From contig JAUSJT010000001.1 of the NCBI GenBank assembly GCA_030647485.1, positions 76,947-140,946 on the forward strand: a DNA stretch of 64,000 nt, given 5' to 3'. The position numbers and the translations under genes are program-made. Shown here piece by piece: positions 57,411-64,000 of the stretch (its first letter is position 1; every line of letters starts with the position of its first letter). The notes beneath the pieces were generated by a model that was given only the letters and a program-made list of their open reading frames with translations, searched no databases and was not told the DNA's origin. The DNA comes from a bacterium. Lineage in GTDB: Bacteria; Patescibacteriota; Minisyncoccia; Minisyncoccales; UBA10102.

Positions 57411-57803
57411 ATGATATCAAGCGTTAGGTTTCGCAAAAAGAAGATAGGCAAGCTGCGAGATACGGTGTTTCTGACTATGCTCTTGGTGCTTGGCTTGGGA
57501 CTAGGAACCTTTCTTGTCTTCCATAATATCAGGATTTACCAGAAAAGGGTAGAGCTGCAGGAGCGTGCAGAGAACCTGAAGGGTCAAATTGCTTCTTTGG
57601 AGGATAGAAGGAATGAGTTAGAATCTGCAATTCAGGTCGGCACCACGCAAGAATACCAAGAGAAAGTACTGCGAGAGCAGGGACTGTACAAAAAGCCAGG
57701 AGAAGAAGTGGTGACTATTCTTCCGCCAGAACAGGTTCAGGAAGAGCAAAAACAGCAGCAGAGGAATAGAGTTTGGTGGAATCCGTTTAGTTGGTTTAAA
57801 TAA
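57411..57803 (+). CDS. Septum formation initiator (FtsB/DivIC family)
   Basis: TM helix, coiled coil, EKVLREQGLYKKPGEEVV motif. Confidence 0.75.
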   Translation: MISSVRFRKKKIGKLRDTVFLTMLLVLGLGLGTFLVFHNIRIYQKRVELQERAENLKGQIASLEDRRNELESAIQVGTTQEYQEKVLREQGLYKKPGEEVVTILPPEQVQEEQKQQQRNRVWWNPFSWFK

Positions 57804-57836
57804 TTGAATGATTCCTTAGTCTCACTAAGGAAAACT

Positions 57837-57911
57837 GCGGGTGTCGTATAACGGCCATTATGCAACCTTCCCAAGGTTGAGAAGAGGGTTCGACTCCCTT
57901 CACCCGCTCCA
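57837..57911 (+). tRNA. tRNA-Gly(CCC)
   Basis: GCGGGTG/CACCCGC acceptor, CAACC-TTCCCAA-GGTTG anticodon arm, GGTTCGACT, encoded CCA. Confidence 0.93.
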
Positions 57912-57912
57912 G

Positions 57913-57984
57913 GCCGGAGTAGCTCAGTGGTAGAGCAGAGCTTTCGTAAAGCTAAGGTCGCGAGTCCGACTCTCGCCTCCGGCT
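57913..57984 (+). tRNA. tRNA-Thr(CGT)
   Basis: GCCGGAG/CTCCGGC acceptor, TAGCTCAGTGGTAGAGC D arm, TTCGTAA loop; T loop TCCGA variant; no encoded CCA. Confidence 0.85.
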
Positions 57985-58040
57985 CCTATTTCTTCAATCT
58001 TCTGATTTGATTTTTAGGGCAAATCAGATACAATGAAGCT

Positions 58041-59172
58041 ATGATAGGGAACATGGAAGAACAGATTGAAGGCCTCCGCAAGAGAATCACATTGCTGGAG
58101 GACTGCCTTTGACAACGCTCAAAAGAAAGAGCGGATTCTTGAGATTGAGATTGAAGTTTCCAAGCCCGAGTTTTGGAATGATAGAAACAGGGCGCTTAGA
58201 CTAAGCCAGGAATTGTCTGCGTTGAAAGAAGAAAAAGAGTTGTTCGAAAAGATTTTTGCGGAATGGCAAGATCTTTCAGAACTAGCAAAAATATCTTCTT
58301 TGGAAGAAAAAGATCTGCCTCGCCGGCAGGCGGGCCTTTCTGAATTAGAACAGCAGACGGCTATTCTCGCAGAGAAGGTAAAGAATGCAGAGCTTCAGGT
58401 GTTTCTTTCAGAGAAGTATGACAGAGGGAATGCGGTGCTCACTATTACCGCAGGGGCTGGAGGGCAGGATGCGCAAGACTGGGTTGCTCTGCTGTTTCGC
58501 ATGTATGAGAGATACTGCGCAAAGAAGAACTGGAACGTGAAGGTGCTCCATGAGTCGTTTGGAGATCCAGGGCCAGAGGGGCGAATTGGTATAAAACAGG
58601 TCACCTTTGAAGCTGCAGGAACGTATGCGTATGGGTTCTTAAAAAAAGAGAACGGAGTGCATAGATTAGTAAGAATATCTCCCTTTTCTGCCAAGGCCTT
58701 GCGCCATACCTCGTTTGCGGCCCTAGAGGTGCTTCCTAAAATTGACGCAGCCCAAGAGCACATAGAAATACGTCCTGAAGATATACAGGTTGAAATGACG
58801 CGTTCTTCCGGTCCAGGAGGGCAGAACGTGAACAAGCGGGAAACCGCGGTGAGAATGGTGCATATTCCTACTGGCATTGTGGTGGAGTCTCAAACCCAGA
58901 GGTCCCAACAGCAGAACAAAGAGAAGGCATTAGAAATACTTGCCGCAAAACTATATCTTGTGCAGCAGCAAGCCCGTGCGCAAGAATTAGCATCGCTCAA
59001 AGGGAAACAGAGTTCCATTGAATGGGGGAGTCAAATACGTTCGTACGTCTTGGCTCCATATCAGCTGGTGAAAGACCATAGAACCAATGCGGAAACTTCA
59101 AATACCCAGGCCGTACTGAATGGAGAGCTCGATGAATTTATTGAAGCAGAGCTTACTCTGAAGAATGGTTAA
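58041..59172 (+). CDS. prfB: Peptide chain release factor 2, programmed +1 frameshift
   Basis: Short first frame ends CTT-TGA-C (58107-58113) with GGAGG upstream; second frame has SPF and GGQ motifs. Confidence 0.95.
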
Positions 59173-59199
59173 TTTGTTAACCATTATTATAATATAATA

Positions 59200-59880
59200 A
59201 TGATTAATTTTCAAAAAGTCACAAAAGCATACTCTTCAAGCAGCATCGCTCTTTCCGATGTTTCTTTTGAGGTGAAGCAGGGAGAGTTTGTCTCTTTGGT
59301 GGGAAAATCAGGGGCAGGCAAGACTACGCTCTTAAAGCTTCTACTCGCAGAAGAGCGGCCAACCCAGGGAGCTGTGTTTTTTGAAGAACAGGATGTTGCC
59401 AAAATTCCTCCTTCCCAGCTTCCGCACTTGAGAAGAAAGATAGGGACGGTGTTTCAGGATTACAAGCTATTGCATTCAAAGACCGCGTATGAGAATATTG
59501 CCTATGTGATGGAGGTGATGGGAGCCGCAGACCAAGAGATAGCTCGGGATGTTTCTGGGGTGTTGGAAATCGTAGGATTGCTTTCTCGTAGTCACCATTA
59601 TCCAACACAGCTTTCAGGAGGGGAGAAGCAGAGGGTTGCCATAGCCCGCGCCCTCATACACCGCCCCGAGGTCATAGTTGCAGACGAGCCGACCGGGAAC
59701 CTTGATCCATATCACACCGCAGATATCATTCGCCTTTTAGTGAAAATAAATGAATTGGGGACAACCGTGATTTTGGCAACACACAACAGAGAGGTTATAA
59801 ATCGCCTCGGCAAAAGGGTGATTACCCTAGAAGAGGGGAAGGTTGTGCGAGACGAAGAACGAGGGAAGTTTATCTTATAG
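59200..59880 (+). CDS. ftsE: Cell division ABC ATPase FtsE
   Basis: [47 protein letters not shown]. Confidence 0.93.
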   Translation: MINFQKVTKAYSSSSIALSDVSFEVKQGEFVSLVGKSGAGKTTLLKLLLAEERPTQGAVFFEEQDVAKIPPSQLPHLRRKIGTVFQDYKLLHSKTAYENIAYVMEVMGAADQEIARDVSGVLEIVGLLSRSHHYPTQLSGGEKQRVAIARALIHRPEVIVADEPTGNLDPYHTADIIRLLVKINELGTTVILATHNREVINRLGKRVITLEEGKVVRDEERGKFIL

Positions 59881-59886
59881 CATTCT

Positions 59887-60798
59887 ATGTTTGGTCCTAC
59901 TCTAAACAGAATCTTACGGTCTGGATGGGAGAAATTCTCTAGAGATACGAGCTCGTCTTCTGCCGCTCTTTTGGTTATGGTTATCGTGCTTTCCATTGTC
60001 ACTTCTTTGTTCTTTCTGCAGGGTATTAGCTCTTTTCTTATTGAAAGTTTGCAGGAATCCGTTGACGTGAGCACGTTCTTAAAAGATTCTGCGCCGACCG
60101 AAGAGGTCACTGCGTTGCAGCAGTCCCTTTCTACTCTTCCCGAGGTGAAAGAAGTTATATATGTATCAAAAGAAGATGCCCTAGCGCAATTTATAGGGCG
60201 CCATGAAAAAGATCAGGTTATCTTGGATTCTTTAGACGCCATAGGCGCCAATCCTTTGTTAGCGTCGATAAGCATTAAGGCATGGGACCCTGCTTCCTTT
60301 GGAAAGATCGCAGAATTCTTGGAAACTACGCCACTAGCTTCTATCATCCAGAATGTAGATTTTCATGAACGGGCACCTGTCATTAATAGGCTTGCTGCAA
60401 TCGCTTCCGGAGTGCGTACTACAGCGTTGGCAGGCAGCATATTCGCGGGTCTCATCGCGGTATTGGTTGCGTTTAACACCATACGCTTAACCATTTACAG
60501 CTCTAAAGAAGAGATAGAGATTATGCGCCTAGTGGGGGCATCCAATATGTTCATACGCTCTCCGTTCTTGCTTCAGGGCATAATTGTGGGAGCGTTGGCA
60601 TCCTTGCTCACGTTTATTCTGTTGGTTCCGTTTACTCTATTCCTTAGTTCTAAGCTTGAAACATTCGTTCCTCAATTCAGTTTGTTTGAGTATTTCATGA
60701 ACAATTTCTTCATGATTTTGTTCTTGCAGCTGTTCGTGGGCATTGGCTTGGGAGTTCTCTCTAGCCTCATTGCTATACGAAGGTATCTGAAGGTCTAG
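59887..60798 (+). CDS. ftsX: Cell division permease FtsX
   Basis: YVSKEDAL, NPL.AS, FNTIRLTIY..KEEIEIMRLVGAS..FIRSPF. Confidence 0.92.
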   Translation: MFGPTLNRILRSGWEKFSRDTSSSSAALLVMVIVLSIVTSLFFLQGISSFLIESLQESVDVSTFLKDSAPTEEVTALQQSLSTLPEVKEVIYVSKEDALAQFIGRHEKDQVILDSLDAIGANPLLASISIKAWDPASFGKIAEFLETTPLASIIQNVDFHERAPVINRLAAIASGVRTTALAGSIFAGLIAVLVAFNTIRLTIYSSKEEIEIMRLVGASNMFIRSPFLLQGIIVGALASLLTFILLVPFTLFLSSKLETFVPQFSLFEYFMNNFFMILFLQLFVGIGLGVLSSLIAIRRYLKV

Positions 60799-60850
60799 AT
60801 TTCTCATTGAGTATTTGGTGTTTCGGATGTGCTAATGGTATAATGATACC

Positions 60851-61636
60851 ATGAGAAAAGTGTTCCAAGTGGGTCAGCTTGATCATGGCGACCCGCGGTA
60901 TGTCAAATGGAGAAAATCACTTGTGGGACGCGCTTCGGGTTGGAGTAAAGGCTATACAAAAGAAACACATGCAAGTGTTGCCAAGATTTCTTCTACTTTT
61001 AAGAAGAAAAAGATAGATAACTTCAAAAGGTGGAGGGCGGAGGCGCGTAGGCAGGGGTTAATCCCTAGTGGTTATCCAGGGTTTAAGCGCACGAAAGACC
61101 TTGCGTTTCTTATCGGTATGACGTTAGGAGATGGGAGTATTTATGTATACCCGCGCACAGAAGGCTTACGTATTACGCTTGGAACGGATAAGCCAAAGCT
61201 TTGGAGATACGTAGCGAACGTTGTCCGTAGGGTATTTCGGAAAAACCCTGCGGTGAGTAAAGTTAAGGGGAGCGAGTGCATGATTGTTACTCTTTATGAA
61301 AAAGAGATTAGTAGGAGGTTGGGTATTCCAAGTGGCAATAGGGGGAAAATGAAAATTGTATTGCCCCAATGGATTCTTGGGGGAAAATCGATGTTTGTTT
61401 CTTGTCTAAAAGGATTGTATGAAGCAGAGGGAGGTTTTCATATACACAAACCCACCTCTACATATAAGTTGATATTCTATAACAGAAATGATACTCTATT
61501 AAAGATTGTAGAGGATGGGGTGAGAGGATTAGGATTCCATCCCCATAGTAGTAAAGATAAAGTTCAAGTTTCAAGAAAAGATGAAGTGTATGGTTTGAAA
61601 GCATTACTTTCCTTTCGAGAGTATCCGGATATATAA
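60851..61636 (+). CDS. Free-standing LAGLIDADG-type homing endonuclease-like protein
   Basis: Two LAGLIDADG helices LAFLIGMTLGDGSI and CLKGLYEAEGGF; NUMOD3-like GWSKGYTKETH N-terminus. Confidence 0.8.
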   Translation: MRKVFQVGQLDHGDPRYVKWRKSLVGRASGWSKGYTKETHASVAKISSTFKKKKIDNFKRWRAEARRQGLIPSGYPGFKRTKDLAFLIGMTLGDGSIYVYPRTEGLRITLGTDKPKLWRYVANVVRRVFRKNPAVSKVKGSECMIVTLYEKEISRRLGIPSGNRGKMKIVLPQWILGGKSMFVSCLKGLYEAEGGFHIHKPTSTYKLIFYNRNDTLLKIVEDGVRGLGFHPHSSKDKVQVSRKDEVYGLKALLSFREYPDI

Positions 61637-61638
61637 AT

Positions 61639-61710
61639 TGCGGGGTCGTCTAACGGTAGTGACGCCAGACTCTGAATCTGGTAATGAAGGTTCGATTCCT
61701 TCCCCCGCAG
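61639..61710 (+). tRNA. tRNA-Gln(CTG)
   Basis: TGCGGGG/CCCCGCA acceptor, CCAGA-CTCTGAA-TCTGG anticodon arm, GGTTCGATT. Confidence 0.92.
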
Positions 61711-61779
61711 CCGTCATATGCTAAGTCAAGTGACTGAGAGGCGTAAATTCTTTTATCGGAGAAAATCAGTTTCATTGCT

Positions 61780-62742
61780 ATGATTCTAACCTACCTTTTA
61801 CTTATTGTCGGTTTCGTAGCGCTCATTAAGGGTGCGGGCTTGCTGGTTGATGGCGCTTCTTCCCTTGCCAAACGCCTCGGAGTTTCCGCGCTTGTTATCG
61901 GGCTTACCATCGTTGCGTTCGGCACCTCAACCCCGGAATTGATCGTTAATATCTTTGCCAGCATTCAAGGAAATACTGACATTGCCATAGGCAACATCTT
62001 GGGAAGCAATATTTTCAACATTTTGTTTGTTTTAGGAATTTCTGCCGTGATCTATCCTTTGGCAGTCAAAAGAGGAACAGTTTGGAAAGAAATTCCCTTA
62101 GCTCTTTTAGCGGTGATCGTGCTCGCGCTCATGGCAAATGACGCCTTTATTGATAACGGCTCATTGTCAGCGCTCACTCGAATCGATGGCCTTATTTTAA
62201 TTTCTTTCTTCATTATTTTTCTTTACTACGTATTCGGCATCAGCAAAGTCGAATCTGCCGATACGGTTGAAACAACACCGCGCAAACACTCATTGTTGCG
62301 ATCGTATCTTATGATTGGCGGCGGTCTTGTGGGATTGATTATCGGCGGCAAGTGGGTTGTGGACGGCGCAACTGCTTTCGCAACCAGCTTAGGGATGAGC
62401 GAAGCATTAATTGGTTTGACTATTGTCGCTGTGGGCACTTCTCTCCCGGAACTCGCGACCTCGACAGTGGCTGCTTACAAAAAAGATGTTGATATTGCCG
62501 TGGGAAATATTGTTGGTTCAAATATTTTTAACATTTTCTGGATTTTAGGCTTGAGCGCTGTAATACGGCCATTGCCTTTTTCTCAAATCCTTATGAGCGA
62601 TGTGTTTATGACCGTTATTGCCACATTGCTTTTATTCGCAGCCCTGTTTATTGGAAAACGGCACATTCTTGAGCGGTGGCAAGGGATTTGCTTTATTGCG
62701 CTTTATGTCGGTTATGTTGTGTATTTGGTCATTCGCGGGTAG
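61780..62742 (+). CDS. Calcium/sodium antiporter (YrbG family)
   Basis: Two alpha repeats GLTIVAFGTSTPE / GLTIVAVGTSLPE and GNI.GSNIFNI. Confidence 0.92.
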   Translation: MILTYLLLIVGFVALIKGAGLLVDGASSLAKRLGVSALVIGLTIVAFGTSTPELIVNIFASIQGNTDIAIGNILGSNIFNILFVLGISAVIYPLAVKRGTVWKEIPLALLAVIVLALMANDAFIDNGSLSALTRIDGLILISFFIIFLYYVFGISKVESADTVETTPRKHSLLRSYLMIGGGLVGLIIGGKWVVDGATAFATSLGMSEALIGLTIVAVGTSLPELATSTVAAYKKDVDIAVGNIVGSNIFNIFWILGLSAVIRPLPFSQILMSDVFMTVIATLLLFAALFIGKRHILERWQGICFIALYVGYVVYLVIRG

Positions 62743-62749
62743 CGTCACC

Positions 62750-62839
62750 ATGTCTAACAAAGTCAAAAGAATCATCTTTATCATCATTGTCGTTTTGCTT
62801 CTCTTTGCTTTTGTTTTGCCTTTAGCGGTTGGTTATTAA
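62750..62839 (+). CDS. Putative 29-aa single-TM small protein
   Basis: MSNKVKRIIFIIIVVLLLFAFVLPLAVGY fills the gap between two genes exactly. Confidence 0.5.
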   Translation: MSNKVKRIIFIIIVVLLLFAFVLPLAVGY

Positions 62840-62843
62840 AAGT

Positions 62844-63248
62844 ATGAAAAGGAATATGTTCGAGCATCTCGTTGTTGAAGCAATGGCGGCCTTGCCTTTA
62901 CGAGTGCGAGAAGCGATGAGCAATGTGGCGATTGTGATTAAACAAGAACCGCGACGGAGAAAATCTCCGCCAAAGGCGGATCAGCCTCTGGCTGAAAAAA
63001 TCAAAAGACACGACGTATTATTGGGCCTTTATGAGGGCATTCCGTTAACGGGGCGAAATTCGGGATATTTTGGAGTGCTGCCAGATAAAATCACTATCTT
63101 TCAGCAACCGATAGAAGAATTAGCCGCTCGCGATGAAAAGAAGTTGAAAAAAATGATTTCTGAGGTAGTGTGGCACGAAATCGGCCATCACTTCGGTTTG
63201 AGCGACCCGGAGCTTGATGCTCTTGAGGAAAAGCACAATATTTGCTAG
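62844..63248 (+). CDS. Zinicin-like metallopeptidase
   Basis: LLGLYEGIPL..R, LPDKITIFQ.PI, VVWHEIGHHFGLSD. Confidence 0.88.
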   Translation: MKRNMFEHLVVEAMAALPLRVREAMSNVAIVIKQEPRRRKSPPKADQPLAEKIKRHDVLLGLYEGIPLTGRNSGYFGVLPDKITIFQQPIEELAARDEKKLKKMISEVVWHEIGHHFGLSDPELDALEEKHNIC

Positions 63249-63259
63249 AATTACCCAAC

Positions 63260-64000
63260 ATGATGCCTATTCCAAAGTATCTTACACGATTTTTCTTTAT
63301 TGGTCTTTTTGCCGCCTTTATTCTTCTTTCAAGCGTTGTTGCTTTTGTTACTGACTGGTGGTGGTTCTCCGAGGTTGGCTACACTCAAATATTTATTAAG
63401 TCTCTGATCGCTAAAATAGCGTTGTTTTTAACAGCGGGAATTTTTGCCGCTGTTTTTTTGCTCTTCAACTTCTCTTTAGCGATTCGCTCAACGATTCCCT
63501 GGATGGCAACCTTGCCGGCGGCGTTAGTCGGCCAGCCGTTGAATGTGAACAGCCGCGTGGTTAAGAAGTTGGCTGTTGTTCTTGGCTTGGTACTCGCGCT
63601 CTTTTTCGGACTTATAGCGACAGCCAACTGGCAAGAGGTACTGGAATTTATTTCCGGCACGGCTTTTGGCACAACAGACCCTGTCTTTGGCAAGGATATC
63701 GGCTTTTATCTGTTTTCTTTTCCTCTTTTTCAGATAGGATTAGGCCTAATAAAATCCCTTATCATTGTAGCGTTGATCGGTTGTGCGCTGATATATTTTT
63801 TGCGTGGCAACCTTCGTTTCCCAGGCCTGCGATCGCTTAACCAACTGCAGATAGAACGCTCAACGAGAATCCATCTTGGCATTTTGCTGGTTATTTTTTT
63901 GGCAACCATTGCCGCCGGAGTCTATCTTTCCCGTTTTACGCTGCTCACGAGCCAGAGCGGTTTAGTATTTGGCGCGACATACACAGACGCAACCGTGAGA
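63260..64000 (+). CDS. UPF0182 family membrane protein, 3'-truncated by window edge
   Basis: TDWWWFSEVGY, FG.TDPVFGKDIGFYLFSFP, GATYTD motifs; frame open to window end (not in ORF track). Confidence 0.85.
   Translation, partial: MMPIPKYLTRFFFIGLFAAFILLSSVVAFVTDWWWFSEVGYTQIFIKSLIAKIALFLTAGIFAAVFLLFNFSLAIRSTIPWMATLPAALVGQPLNVNSRVVKKLAVVLGLVLALFFGLIATANWQEVLEFISGTAFGTTDPVFGKDIGFYLFSFPLFQIGLGLIKSLIIVALIGCALIYFLRGNLRFPGLRSLNQLQIERSTRIHLGILLVIFLATIAAGVYLSRFTLLTSQSGLVFGATYTDATVR

Noticed and set aside
58066..58110. TTG start of prfB given in the ORF track
   Set aside because: The true N-terminus is in the upstream frame from 58041/58053, joined by the +1 frameshift.
61711..64000. Prophage or integrative element at tRNA-Gln
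   Set aside because: No integrase or phage genes and no duplicated tRNA 3' end visible in the window.
1..64000. Alternative genetic code (UGA=Gly)
   Set aside because: Conserved genes (clpB, murB, lepA, secD) end at TGA and prfB is present.

Overview
This 64 kb window looks like chromosome from a Patescibacteria (CPR), probably Parcubacteria-like, bacterium. That taxonomy is inferred from gene content, short intergenic spacers, apparently leaderless genes, a PaaX/Cas2-like gene, a GxxExxY gene and a VirD4-like gene pair; it uses the standard code with TGA stops. Almost all genes are on the + strand. Housekeeping genes: iscS, htrA, clpB, murB, speD, secA/D/F, pgk, recJ-like, rnhA, rnpB, murJ, lepA, ftsB-like, prfB (with +1 frameshift), ftsEX and three tRNAs. 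These surround a ~33 kb cell-surface island (6.5-39.3 kb) with a lamin-tail/beta-helix protein, an ECF sigma/anti-sigma pair and giant Thr/Ala/Gly-rich S-layer/adhesin-like proteins sharing a PG-binding-like domain. Toxin-antitoxin cassettes are interleaved, some broken. The most striking unexplained structure is at DNA level. (1) A GxxExxY gene is bracketed by inverted arrays of a 4x ATCnGY module with fixed 10-9-10 spacing, and orphan copies of the module sit in the promoters/leaders of two giant surface genes. (2) A PaaX/Cas2-like gene is bracketed by two copies of a ~34 bp palindrome. (3) At least 10 copies of a CTTAR-N5-YTAAG palindrome occur, six inside one CDS and several next to DnaA-box-like sites. 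(4) A fic gene is flanked by 62 bp direct repeats. (5) A Lys-rich 12-aa ORF with attenuator-like alternative hairpins lies upstream of speD. (6) Several REP-like palindromes are inserted in frame in genes. All product calls come from recognising motifs by eye; no searches were run.
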